The notes beneath the pieces are model-generated. The model saw nothing but the letters and a program-made list of their open reading frames with translations. It had not been told where the DNA came from and ran no database searches. Of a stretch of DNA of 64,000 bases, positions 1 through 13,687 are shown in pieces. Both the position numbers and the translations under genes were made by a program. Within the stretch, counting starts at the first letter, position 1. Every line of letters begins with the position of its first letter. This stretch comes from Octopus sinensis (taxonomy: Eukaryota): positions 36,828,001-36,892,000 of the forward strand of contig NC_042999.1 of assembly GCF_006345805.1 (NCBI RefSeq), read 5' to 3'.

Positions 1-528
1 AAGTTTATAACTTTCCCATTTGCAATCATATTTGTAAACCACATTTATCATTAGTAACTTGTTATCAGGTTAACATACCTGTGGTCAGTTACTAATAAGG
101 AAGTTTATAATTGTAGTGTTTTTTTAATATATCAGTGTTAGTTTACAGTTTGATGCAATGCACTTTGAGGCCAGCATTAGAAATCTTTTGACAATATGTT
201 TATCTGTTCTTTGTTAGTATGTATGTGGTTCATATAATATACTTCATGTAATATAATATACTTCATATAATATACGCCATACATATAAGAGAGATGACTG
301 CTAAGTGGACATCCATTATGCTAGAAGTTGATCCTCTATGGTCTTACCACTAAGAAAGGTATGTTCTCAAGAAAATTTAGCAAATGCCAAAATGTAAGCA
401 AGCAGGACAAATGAAAAGATACAAAATATACAGATTAATCACAAACTAGTTTCGTTGTTACCACTTACGTAATCACTTACATAGATGTCTGCAACTCATC
501 AGGGTGATCGTCATAACAAAATATAATT

Positions 529-673
529 TGCAGAACTATACATGAAACGTCCACATGAGATTGAATATGTGTATAGTTCTACCAATTACATTTGGGAAAT
601 TTAACCCCAAATGTAAATGGTAGAACTATATACATGTTCAATTTCATGCGGACGTCTCGTGTATAGTTCTGCA
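529..673. repeat. 145-bp near-perfect palindrome (68-nt arms, 9-nt loop)
   Basis: 529-596 is the reverse complement of 606-673 with 7 differences. Confidence 0.92.
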
Positions 674-711
<38 letters not shown>

Positions 712-1237
712 TGCAAAGAACACATAAGAAAAAATAAAAAGACATAAAAACATAGACAACTGTTGTGTCTTCAACACATATTTAAAAGAAAAGCTCTTCC
801 CTATACATACAGACACACACACACACACACAAGCACACACACACATACATGCATACATACATGCATACATACATACATACATGCATGCATGCATACATAC
901 ATACATACATACATACATACATACATACATACATACATACATACATGCATACATGCATACATACATACATACATACATACATACATACATGCATACATAC
1001 ATACATGCATTTCTTGGTGAGAGTATGTATTTGGTTGTGTGTATTGGCAGGTCTCTGTGGTTAACAGGTTTGCTTCCCAACCATATGGTTTTGGATTCAA
1101 TCCTACTGTGAAGCGCCCACGATATATATCTTCTACTATAGCTCATGGATGACCAAAATCTTGCAAGTGGATTTGGTTGACAGAAACTGAAAGAAGCCCA
1201 TTGGGTGTGTGTGTGTGTACATACATACATACATACA

Positions 1238-1283
<46 letters not shown>

Positions 1284-2131
1284 ATCGTTTGTAGAAATAT
1301 GGGGTTACGTGGGTTTCTTGCTCATAAGAGGTTGAGCCTTACAGTGTGTCTTCAAACCCTAAACACTGCTGTGACACTACAACCAGAAACCAATAGCCAA
1401 GGCCAAAGGGAGACAACAGTTTACCTTCATGGTGCTTTGGTGACTGCAAGATGGCAGCATGGTCAAAGATTGAAGGACAATGGCAAAGGAAGAGTATCAC
1501 CTAGGGTTTTACCCTTAAAAACAAGACTTTTTCCCCCTCCATATTTTAAAGAGGTCTCAAGCCAGCAGTGTTTGGGATCTGAAGATATACCATAAGGCTG
1601 AACCACTTATGAGCGAGAAGCTCAGGGTGTCCCCATAAACTGGCCAACCCACTTCCGGTCTTTCAAAATGTGACCTCGTGTGTACCATTAACGATTTATT
1701 TTCCTCTGTCTTCCCTCCTCTGGATCTTTCCTTCTCCTATGTTTCCAACGAAGAGCTCCGCTCGAAATGTTAAACCCTCCTTCTTTCCTTCTTTCCTGAG
1801 CGTCCAATAATACTATAATTGTTCCACGTCCTCGCGTTGTTGTGTTTTTTTGTGCTTTCTTGTTTGGATTAACTTTATATATGTATCTTACCGCCACTGA
1901 ATGTGGATGTTTTGTTAGAACAAGCTATACTGCAGTAGTTACCATGAGAAGAACTCTCATATTGGCTTTTGGTGTAAAATGCACCCTTGATAGCAGAGAG
2001 ATAAACCCCTGACACTTCCAATATCAAGACCACTAGATTACATGATTTCAACCTCCCTTGGTATTGTCAAAGAAGGACGCTTGACTGCTTGAGATAGCAG
2101 TGACTCATCTCCATGCCAGTAATATATAGAA

Positions 2132-2526
2132 CTAGCAGTATCGCCCGGCGTTGCTCGGATTTGTAAGGGAAATAACTATAAAGCATTTTTAGAGAGTTAT
2201 AGCAAAAAAATAGCAAAAAAATGCATTAAAAATGGAAAAAATATGATGGTAAATTTTTTTTTAAATCGCTGACTCATCGTAGACATTTTTAGAGAGTTAC
2301 TTCCCTTATATTTAAAAAAATATGCATTAAAATGGAAAAAAATGATGGTAAATTATTTTTTAAATCGTAGACTCATCGTAGACGTGCGCTAATACCCAGA
2401 AGGGCTTGATATGAATCACAACTATAAGATACGCGGTTTTGGTTAAACTGCACCGCAAAATGTGGGAGTAGTTAGGAATCTAAATCGGAGTAGACAGACA
2501 CACAACCTTACTTTTATATATAAAGA
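2132..2526 (-). mobile_element. Non-autonomous Helitron, copy 1
   Basis: On the minus strand: A|TC...subterminal GC hairpin (CCGAGCAACGCCGGG)...CTAG|T. Internal tandem sub-repeat. Same family as 41219 and 42235. Confidence 0.85.
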
Positions 2527-4400
2527 TAATAGAGCCAGAACAGGTACTGCTGCCACAAATAGCCAGTGACCTATAACTTAGCAGTTCAACAAAAGAACTA
2601 ACAGAATAAGTACCAACTTAAAAGTACTGGGGTCAATTTTTTTCGATTAAACCCTTCCAGGCAGTGCCCCAGCATGGCCACAGTCAAGTGACAGAAACAA
2701 GTAAAAGATAAACAATAAAAAAAATATTGTCTATTCCCCTCTACAACTTCCATAACAATAGACCTCTTTAATCAGAACACTAATACATTGTTACACAACT
2801 TTTATAACAGGTTTATTATATGACATGATGTCTATACTTCACTTAGAACTTGACTCATTTCATTCATTTCTCTACTTCCTGCTACTCATCTTTTGTTTTT
2901 TGTTGTTTTTTAATTGCTGTTGGGTTTTTGTTTTGTTTGTTTTTTGTTTTGTTTTGTTTCTGATGGGGAAATTCTTTGTCTAAAATTTCCAAATAATCGG
3001 ACCCTTATTCTTTAACCATCACACTGTTTTCTTCCGCTCCACTCCAGCAAAATACTTTTAGCCCTTTAGTATTCAAACTTTAGTATTCACTGTGTGGTAA
3101 GTAGCTTGCTAACCAACCACATGGTTCCGGGTTCAGTCCCACTGCATGGCATCTTGGGCAAGTGTCTTCTGCTATAGCCCCGGGCCGACCAATGCCTTGT
3201 GAGTGGATTTGGTAGACGGAAACTGAAAGAAGCCTGGCGTGTGTGTGTGTGTGTTTGTCTCCCCACCATCGCTTGACAACTGATGCTGCTGTGTTTACAT
3301 CCCCATCACTTAGCGGTTCGGCAAAAGAGACCAATAGAATAAGTACTGGGCTTACAAAGGATAAGTCCCGGGGTCGATTTGCTCGACTAAAGGCGGTGCT
3401 CCAGCATGACCACAGTCAAATGACTGAAACAAGTAAAAGAAAAAAAAAAAGAGAAACCTTAGTACTCAAACTGGCCCAAATATTCTACTTTTGTGTTCAA
3501 ATCATCCAGATCTGACCTCTCAGACGTATCATAAAATGCCATTCTAAAACTAGAACAATTGTACCATTGAAATCTCAAAGCTACAAGATAATGCAAGATT
3601 AATCAAAATAGTGTGAATAAATAAGCATTGCATTTGATAAAGTAATCAGGCGCAGGAGTGGCTGTGTGGTAAGTAGCTTGCCTACCAACCACATGGTTCT
3701 GGGTTCAGTCCCACTGCGTGGCATCTTGGGCAAGTGTCTTCTGCTATAGCCTCAGGCCGACCAATGCCTTGTGAGTGGATTTGGTAGATGGAAACTGAAA
3801 GAAGCCTGTCGTATATATGTATATATATGTATGTGTATGTATATGTTTGGGTGTCTGTGTTTGTCCCTCTAGCATTGCTTGACAACCGATGCTGGTGTGT
3901 TTACATCCCCGTCACTTAGCAGTTCGGCAAAAGATCCCCGATAGAATAAGTACTGGGCTTACAAAGAATAAGTCCCGGGGTCGATTTGCTCGACTAAAGG
4001 CGGTGCTCCAGCATGGCCGCAGTCAAATGACTGAAACAAATAAAAGAGTAAAGAGTAAAGAGAGAATGCTATGAAAGAAATCTATGGAAAAGCACAACAG
4101 GCACAGGTATGGCCGTGTTGTAAGAAGCTTGCTTCTCAACCACATGGTTCCAGGTTCAGTCACACTGTGTGGTACCTTAGGCGAGTGTCTTCTACTATAG
4201 CCTCGAGCCAACTAAACGCCTTGTGAGTGGATTCGGTAGGTAGAAACTGAAAGAAGCCTGTTTTGTGTGTGTGTGTGTGGTGTGTGTGTGTGCTTGTGTG
4301 TGTGTGTGTGCGCGCTTGTGTGTGTGTGTGTGTGTGCTTGTGTGTGTGTGTGTGTGTGTGTTGTGTGTGTGTGTGTGTGTGCTTGTGTGTGTGTGTGTGC

Positions 4401-4468
<68 letters not shown>

Positions 4469-6149
4469 ACGTGTGACTTTGTGTCTGTCCTCCACCATTG
4501 TTTGACAACTTGACAACCAGTGTTGTGTTTACGTCCACATAACTTAGCAGTTTGGCAAAAGAGACTGATGGAAAAAGTAACAGGCTTTAAAAAGAAACAT
4601 AAGTACTGGGATCAATTTGTTCATCTAAAATACTTCAAGACAGTGCTCCAGCATGGCTGCAATCTAATGACTGAGGCAAAAGATAAATGAATGGCGCAGG
4701 AGTGGCTGTGTGGTAAGTAGCTTGTTTACCAAACCACATGGTTCCGGGTTCAGTCCCACTGCGTGGCACCTTGGGCAAGTGTCTTCTGCTATAGCCTCGG
4801 GCCAACCAAAGCCTTGTGAGTGGATTTGGTAGACGGAAACTGAAAGAAGCCTGTCGTACATATGTATATATATGTATATATGTGTGTGCGTGTATATATG
4901 TGTGTGCGTGTACGTTTGTGTTTGTCCCCCTAGCATTGCTTGACAACCGATGCTGATATGTTTATGTCCCCGTTACTTAGCGGTTCGGCAAAAGAGACCG
5001 ATAGAATAAGTACTGAGCTTACAAAGAATAAGTCCCAGGGTCGAGTTGCTCAATTAAAGGCGCTGCTCCAGCATGGCCGCAGTCAAATGACTGAAACAAG
5101 TAAAAGAGTAAAAGAGAATGAAGATAATTAATCTGTTGAATATTTTTTTTCTTTTTCTGTTAAGCTAACTTTGTGATCTGTTGTCCAACCTAAACCCCAT
5201 TGCCCATCACCTAACACCCAAGTTACAAATCTTAATCCTCTCTCAGACACAAATCTCTTGTCTTCTATTTCTAACATATTTCTGCTAACCAGACTAATGG
5301 TATGTTGCTTTAATGCTACGCTTTCCAATTAATGTTTTAGATATATATTTCAAATCTATTTTACATTTTCTGCTCTGTTTATAAACACAATAAATGTCAT
5401 TTGAAAATTACATTATTATTATTATTTTTTTTTTTTTTATTCAGAGTTTATCTATTAAAATAACTCTATACAACTCATATTGAATAGATAGGATTAGTAA
5501 GTATAAAATTTATCAGCAGGCATCTGATTGAATTCATGTCCTTGCTGTTAAATGGTTTGAAGACACAAAGAATGATAATGAAACAATTTTTTTTTGTCAT
5601 TGGCACAAAGCCATAAATTTGTATGATGGAGAGGGTATTCTTTTATTATGATTCCATTCACATCTATGATGTATTATAGGAGTATGTATCAATCCCAGTA
5701 CTTGACTGATGGTTTATTTTATCACCTCCAGAAGAATGGAAGCAAAGATTTGAACAGAGAAAATAAAAGGCCATAATTAACTGTCATTGACTTTTTGTCT
5801 GATGTGCTAATGATTTTACCAATGTACATCAACCCATTACTTGATTGGTACTTACTTTATCAACCATAGAATGAGTACAGCCTTATGCCATACTTTCTGG
5901 CATACAATTAATCTATATAATAATCTACTTGTTTGTTCACCCATTATACTTTAGTTAAGTGGAGGTGGAGTAAAAGTGTGAGAGGGAGAGGAGGAGGAAG
6001 TGAGGAGTGTGAGTAGAGAATAAAGAAGTAAGGAAGAACTGGAGAAAAAGGTACATGGCCAAATGTGTCACGAAGTTAGTTGAAGGGAGAGGCGAAGAGC
6101 AAGAGAAAAAGACAGTGAGAGGGAAGAAGGAGAGACTAGTGTCAGTAAG

Positions 6150-6815
6150 GCGATGCTGGTAACAATCATGCTCAAATGGTGCTTTTTACATGCCACCGGC
6201 ACGGAAGCCAGTCAGCTGCTCTGGCAGCGATCATGCTCGGATGGTGCTCTTAGCGCTCCACTAGCACAGATGCCAGTTATCGAATTTGATTTCAATTTCG
6301 ACTTCACTTGCCTCAAAAGGTCTTCACAAGCAGAGTTTAGTGTCCAATGAAGGAAAGGTACGCATAAGTGGGCTGGTTACACCCACTGGCATAGGCCACA
6401 GATTATGGTCTCACTTGGCTTGCCAAGTCTTCTCAATCACAGCATATTTCCAATGGTCTCGGTCAGACCCAATGTTCGAAGGTCGTGCTTTACCACCTCG
6501 TCCCAGGTTTTCCTGGGTCTACCTCTTCCACAGTTTCCCTCAAACGTTAGGGTGTGGTACTTTTTCACACAGCTATCCTCATCCATTCTCGCCACATGAC
6601 CATACCAGCACAGTCATCTCTCTTGCACACCACATCTGATGCTTCTTAGGTCCAACATTTCTCTCAAGGTACTTACACTCTGTTGAGTATGCACACTGAC
6701 ATTACACATCCAGCAGAGCATGCTGGCTTCATTCCTTGCGAGCTTACGCATGTCCTCAGCAGTCACGGCCCATGTTTCACTGCCATGTAGCATAGCTGTT
6801 TGTACACATGTGTCA
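6150..6815 (-). mobile_element. RTE-clade LINE 3' fragment (second family) with 3' UTR; further pieces at about 8490-8945(+), 22690-23200(-), 33880-34110(+), 34370-34900(-)
   Basis: MLHGSETWAVTAEDMRKLARNEASMLCWMCNV...VQERRLCWYGHV.RMDEDSCVKK...GRGRPRKTWDEVVKHDL. Confidence 0.8.
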
Positions 6816-7733
6816 TACTGTCTATATATATAAACAAGCTTTATTTCCAGATATGTATATAAGGCAGTTCTCCAGTATGTATATGTATATAAGGCAGTTC
6901 TCAAAGTAAAAAAAAAAATAAACAAGTAAAAGAATAAAGGAATATCATCATCATCATCATCATCGTTATCTTTATCATCACGGTTTTAATGTCCACTTTT
7001 CTATGCTTACATGGGTCAGCTGAAGTTTACTGAGACAAATTTTCTATGGTCAGATATCCTTCTTACCACCAACCCCCACCTACTTCCAAGCATCATAATA
7101 TTTCCCCATGGAGAGACATGCTTCTGCAGAATATTGGAAATAAATGACATACATTTACAACAATCACAATGTGAAGACAAGGAGACACAAACACACACAC
7201 ACACACACCTACACTTATATATTACATACAGAGTAGGCTTCAAACAACAAACAATTTTGTTTTTGTTTTTTTTAGCAATCAACTTTTGAGTACTTTTTGG
7301 ACATTCTAACAACTAGAGTATTTTAATGCAATACAAAGTCAACTCTGGACATATTTGTACACAAAGAGTATTGATACACAACAAAGAATAATCTTAGTTC
7401 TCAACTTGCTTCCTGCACCTACTTGCAGTAATATTACTTAAATTATAAACTATTTGAACAAATTCTCTTTTATCTATTTCCGGAAATTAGCACCTTTCCT
7501 CTCCACTTGAAACAATACTGTTACAAACAAGCCAAAGAAAAGCCTCTGTGTGGTCACATGACCTTTTGGAAATAACAACCAAATTCCCATTAAATCATGC
7601 TTAATCACCCCTAAAGAAAAGAGAGAAAGAGGGAAATTTTTTTTCTAATTCCACTTTGCTGACACAGAAAAAGAAAGGATACTTTGGACAATGTAGTGCT
7701 GAATATATTGTCTCAAATACATGCAAATATATA

Positions 7734-8202
7734 TCATAAATCCTCGAGTATAGTCCGCCCTATACTTCTGAAAATCCTAAACCTTCTCTAACTTGAGTCG
7801 TGCGTAATTAAGCCAGCAACACCTAGTCGAACAAACACCTCCGCGCATGCGTAATACAATAATGGTGATGTTCTTAACTGTTATATGGGAATGTAAATAT
7901 GTTTGCAAATTGTTTTTGTTACATGTTATTCTGTGTTCTGAATACTTTTATTTTAATAAATGTTGCTTACTACAAGTTATGGATAATTCTTTTATGACTT
8001 CATTGCTTTCAGGTTTAGCATAAGGTATTTTCACGCCCAACATCACAAAATGCGTCTGAATAAACATTGCCGGACAGCAAATAGAGACTCGGACATTGCT
8101 TAGAAAATATTTTTCATTTTTAACCTCGTATATAGTACGCACTAGGGATTTTGAGCTTTAAATTTTGGGTAAAAAATACGGATTATACTCGAGGACTTAT
8201 GG
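7734..8202. mobile_element. Non-autonomous TA-flanked DNA transposon (MITE-like, Tc1/mariner/pogo superfamily)
   Basis: About 24-bp TIRs (T)CATAAATCCTCGAGTATAGTCCG and CGGATTATACTCGAGGACTTATGG, with TA on both flanks. Confidence 0.75.
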
Positions 8203-8410
8203 TATATAAAAGGTGTAAAAACACCAAATTTGTTCTAGCACTGGACAGACATTGTGTTTTTACAGTGTTTTTACCATAAGAGAGAATTCCTTTTCTCCAC
8301 AAACTGAAGTAAATTTGCCTTTAGCAGTTGAAATATGTCACAAACACATTTTAACCTAAAGTTCACTTATGTCTAAACACTGCTTGGTGCTGATATTACT
8401 GTAATATTAC

Positions 8411-8497
8411 TGCAGATGGATGCTGACAGCTTCATAAAGTGCAGATGGATGCTGACAGCTTCATAAAGTGCAGATGGATGCCAGTAGCTCCATAAAG
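8411..8497. repeat. 29-bp tandem repeat, two full units and one diverged unit
   Basis: TGCAGATGGATGCTGACAGCTTCATAAAG is repeated. Confidence 0.85.
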
Positions 8498-9031
8498 AAG
8501 TGCTGATCTCCTAAAGTAGATGGAACACATGGAAGTGGGAGACCCAGGATGCCATGGGACAAAGTACTGAAGAACAACCTCAGGACGCTGATCCTTTCGG
8601 ATGAAATGACAAAGGACCGAAATGCCTGGTGCCTTGCTGTACCCTAGAAGACTCGAACTCCACAGCAAAAGTGTTAAGTCTACTCCCCCTGGTGAAAAGG
8701 ATTGGCCTGCAAGAGTCCTGTGCCATGTAAAAAGCACTCATGCCATCGCCACATAGGAGTGCTCATGTAGTGCAGCATAAAAGCACCCAGCACACTCTGT
8801 AAAGTGGTTGGCATTAGGAAGGGCATCCAACCATAGAAACTATGCCATATCAGACAGGAGCCTGGAGCAGTTCTCTAGCTTGCCAGTTAACCTATGTCAG
8901 TCCAATCCATGCCAGCATGAACAATGGACATTAAATGATAATGAGGATATATCTCTCTCTCTTTCTCTCTCTCACTCTTTCTCTCCATATATGTGTGTGT
9001 GTGTGTGTGTGTGTGCATGTATATGTGTGTG

Positions 9032-9098
<67 letters not shown>

Positions 9099-9114
9099 AT
9101 ATATATATATACAT

Positions 9115-10310
9115 ATAAATCAAATCAAATCAAATCAAACCAAATCAAAATAGATGAACATCAATGGAATTTGTATCTTTGTGGTACCAGTACCGTTGGC
9201 ACACAAGAAAACCATCCGAACGTGGCCGTAGCCAGTACCGCATCGACTGGCCTCTGTGACGTGGGCACATAACAAACACCATCCGATCGTGGCCGTTCGC
9301 CAGCCTCATCTGGCACCTGTGTCGGTGGCACATAAAAACACCAACCGAAGACCCGGCAAGACTAGTCAGGCCATAACCCGTGGCCCCTACTTGGGACGTA
9401 ATCAGTCCACCTGTGCATACCTTCCTTCCTTCCTGTGACACTTGTGAAGACCTGTTGAGGCAAGTGAAAATCAAATCAAAATCAAATCAAATCAAAATAG
9501 ATGAACATCAATGGAATTTGTATCTTTGTGGTACCAGTGCCGGTGGCACAACAAGAAAACCATCCGAACGTGGCCGTAGCCAGTACCGCATCGACTGGCC
9601 TCCGTGCTGTGGGCACGTAACAAACACCATCCGATCGTGGCCGTTCGCCAGCCTCATCTGGCACCTGTGTCGGTGGCACATAAAAACACCATCCGAAGAC
9701 CCGGCAAGGCTAGTCAGGCCATAACCGTGGCCCCTACCTGGGACGTAGTCAGTCCACCTGTGCATACCTTCCTTCTTGTGACACTTGTGAAGACCTGTTG
9801 AGGCAAGTGAAAATCAAATCAAAACAAATCAAAATAGATGAACATCAATGGAATTTGTATCTTTGTGGTACCAGTGCCAGTGGCACACAAGAAATCATCC
9901 AAACGTGGCCGTAGCCAGTACCGCATAGACTGGCCTCCGTGCTTTGGGGACGTAACAAACACCATCCGATCGTGGCCGTCCGCCAGCCTCATCTAGCACC
10001 TGTGTCGGTGGCACATAAAAACACCATCCGAGCGTGGCCGTCTGCCAGCCTCGTCTGGCACCTGTGTCGGTGGCACATAAAAACACCATCCGAGCGTGGC
10101 CGTTCGCCAGCCTCGTCTGGCACCTGTGTCGGTGGCACATAAAATCACCCACTACACTCTCGGAGTGGTTGGCGTTAGGAAGGGCATCCAGCTGTAGAAA
10201 CACTGCCAGATCTGACTGGCCTGGTGCAGCCTTCGGGCTCCCCAGACCCCAGTTGAACCGTCCAACCCATGCTAGCATGGAAAACGGACGCTAAATGATG
10301 ATGATGATGA
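9115..10310 (+). repeat. Two-level tandem array (about 340-bp unit, then about 62-bp subunit x3) ending in the common (GAT)n-tailed retroposon 3' end
   Basis: Unit anchors TAGATGAACATC at 9151, 9498 and 9835. Subunit anchors AACACCATCC at about 9958, 10020 and 10083. The unit shares sequence with the 3' UTR at 6290-6340. Confidence 0.9.
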
Positions 10311-10336
10311 TATATATATACATACATACATATATA

Positions 10337-10374
<38 letters not shown>

Positions 10375-10739
10375 TAAGCTAAACCAATAATAAGCATTCC
10401 CAATTCTGTACTTTATTTATGAATGCATTTTCAATAATACATAGTTAATAAAAACCTATTTTAAGCTTAGGAACAATTAATTTTTTATTTTTTAATACAA
10501 TACAGTAAATAAGTAATCTAAATTTATGAATACAATTTGGCGGTGTTTACTGTACATCAACGCTTTATTTATGAAAGCGGTTTGCGATAAGACATGGTAA
10601 AATAAAAATCTTTTTTAAGCTTAAAAACAAATTCAGTAATTATTATTATTTTGCAATAGTAAAAAAAACTAGATTATTTTAAATTTATCAATACGTACAT
10701 ACAATGTGGTGGTTTACATCGTGGATGTAGATGGCTACG

Positions 10740-11690
10740 GGTCATCAACACCAGCAGCTGACTCTGGCTGTTCTTGTTATTCAATGCACTTAAAAAACTA
10801 GTTGAGAGTTCTTTAAACTGTCTTCTTTTCCTCAAGGATTACATCATAAGGAGCAAAAGCTTTGTGACAAGCCTCCTTAATCTTAGAAAAGCATTGAGCA
10901 TTTGGATCTATATCCTCAAACATAGAAAGACCTTTTTCAATATATACAAATACTTGCTGCATTTTCTTAATGATAAAGTGATATGGCTCAGGTTCAACTA
11001 CCTCTTCTTTATTTTGCTACTCATGAAGCTCTATTAAATCCTCGTTCATCTGGGGCTGCTTGTCTTTTTCAAATAATACAGTACTTCTCTGCTGCTGCTG
11101 GGATAAAATGATTGAAGAACCACTCTTCAAAAACAACGACAGTAACCCATGAGCCTTTGAATTAGCCATCCATATAACAGGGAGAGATGCCTTGGGTATG
11201 TTCTTCAGGGCATGGGGGTTATGTGCATGATACACAAGCAATGGCTTTAACTGAAAATCTCCTGCACAATTACCTCCTAACATAATGGTCACATATTCTT
11301 TTGAGACCTTGTAGCCTGGAATAGTTTTCTTCTCCTTGGAAATGAATGAATGGTCTGGCAGTTTTTTCCAATACAATCCAGTTTTGTCTATGCTGAAAAT
11401 CTGTTCGGTAAGGAACCTGTTTTCTTCAATGATTTTCTTTAATGCATTAGGAAATTCCACTGCTGCTTATTTGTCAACTGATGCACTTTCACCTTGCTTC
11501 TTAATGGAGTGATAACTTCTTCGCCAACCTCCAACAACCTCTTTCACTAACCTCCAACAATCTTTTTTGCCAACCTCCGGAAACCTCTCTCGCCAACCTC
11601 CAAAAATCTCTCCTTCCTCCAGCTGACAGTTTTTGTACTTTTTCATGACAGAAAATACACCTTTTGTGGCAGTTATAAAGAAATTGCCTT
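10740..11690 (-). mobile_element. Tigger/pogo (CENP-B-like DDE) transposase relic
   Basis: EQIFSIDKTGLYWKKLP...PGYKVSKEYVTIMLGGNCAGDFQLKPLLVYHAHNPHALKN...LPVIWMANSKA. Confidence 0.85.
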
Positions 11691-11868
11691 CTTATATCAG
11701 AGTAATAAGGTGTTTCAATAGAACATCTTTACTCCCAGGAATTACCAAGTATGCCATCTAGTTTATATGTGTGTATGTGCGTGTGTGCGTGTGTGTGTGT
11801 GTGTGTGTGTTTGTTTGTTTGTATGTGTGTGTATGTGTGTGTGTGTGTTTGTTTGTGTGTGTGTGTGT

Positions 11869-11935
<67 letters not shown>

Positions 11936-12994
11936 TGTGTGTGTGTGTGTGAAAATTAATAGAAATGGCTTATCTGATAATTTTTCTGCTTTAATAATTA
12001 GAGGCCTATAAGGTGGTGAGCTGACAGAAACGTTTGCTTGCCAGGCCAAATGCTTAGCAGTATTTCATCTGTCTTTATGTTCTGAGTTCAAATTCCCCTG
12101 AGATCAACTTTGACTTTCATCCTTTCGGGGTTGATAAATTAAGTACCAGCTGCATTTTGGGGTCGATCTAATTGACTGGCCCTCTCCACAAAAACTTCAG
12201 GCCTTGTGCCTAGAGTAGAAATGAATAATTAGATGTTTATAAGTTATTAGGTGTTTTCAAAAGTGACTCTGGTAGGAGTTCTTTTTCAAACTGTTTACTC
12301 TTTTACTTGTTTCATCATTTGACTGTGACCATGCTGGAGCACCGCCTTTAATCACGCAACTCGACCCCAGGACTTATTCTTTTGTAAGACCAGTACTTAT
12401 TCTATCGGTCTCTTTTGCCGAACCGCTAAGTAACGGGGACATAAACACACCAGCATCGGTTGTCAAGCAATGCTAGTGGGACAAACACAGACACACAAAC
12501 ACACACACACACATATATATATATATACATATATACGACGGGCTTCTTTCAGTTTCCATCTACCAAATCCACTCACAAGGCTTTGGTCGGCCCGAGGCTA
12601 TAGTAGAAGACACTTGCCCAAGATGCCACGCAGTGGGACTGAACCCGGAACCATGTGGTTGGTAAACAAGCTACTTACCACACAGCCACTCCTGCGAAAA
12701 CTCTTTTTCTCAAAAAGGCCAAGTGAAAATAATGTTTTCTTTTGACACATTCTACCAGTATACGAAGTTTCAAATTGTTTAGTTAACTAGAAATTCCGTC
12801 CATCAAAAGGAAAAGATCCAGAAACTCTTCTAAACTCTGTCCAGAGACGCTTTTCTAAACACCTTGTAACTTACAAACATCTAATTATTAAAGTGGAAAA
12901 ATTATCAGAAAAGTCATTTCTATTGGGTTTACTTTACCATTTCTTTTTCGAGGTACCAAGGACTTTCTATTTCTTATTCTACTATGCACACACA

Positions 12995-13043
<49 letters not shown>

Positions 13044-13687
13044 ACACACACACACACACACACATGCACGCATGCATGCACTAAAATAAATTATCTCAGA
13101 TGACAGAAAGATTCCCAGAAAGCTACGGCATTGGTTGAGTGTATGCCCCAAACGACCACAATGCGGTGGGGGGGGGGATAAACTTGTCTAGAATATTTAC
13201 TGTTTTGAGTAAGACATGTGACTCTGACAGGCACTGATAAAGTTATGTAGCCTACATAAAAATCTGTGTTGTTAAGTGTTGCATTCTAGAAAATGACTGA
13301 CTATAGCTAAACCAGAATATTTCTATTGATAGCTCTGTCTGTCTGTGTGTGTGTGTGTGTGTGAGAAAGAGACTTGTCACTAGAGGAAGTAGGATAAGTG
13401 ACTGTGTGGGAAGATACTGTTTTTTCACTTTTGTGAAAGTCAGAGGAGGAGGGGAAGGAAAGAGTTAATGCCAGGGAAATTTTTTCTTTATTTTTTTTTG
13501 TGTTAGTGATCACTAACTCTTTGACAATTTCTGTCTGGTACCCAAATGTCTCAGATAATGGTAATATAAGTACTCAGTCAGATATTAAGAAAAAAAATAA
13601 ACAGAAAAAAAAAGTATGGCTTGGCAGTCTTTTAGACAGTAGGAAAGCACCCTTTTGCGAAAGCAGAAATATTTTCTACTTAATTAA

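Noticed and set aside
601-1266. 221-aa ORF and the many MYVC/HTHT/YIYI ORFs across the window
   Set aside because: These are translations of (TACA)n, (CA)n and (TA)n microsatellites, with no coding signal.
9115-10140. CRISPR-like appearance of regularly spaced repeats
   Set aside because: Units are contiguous tandem copies without unique spacers, there are no cas genes, and the context is eukaryotic.
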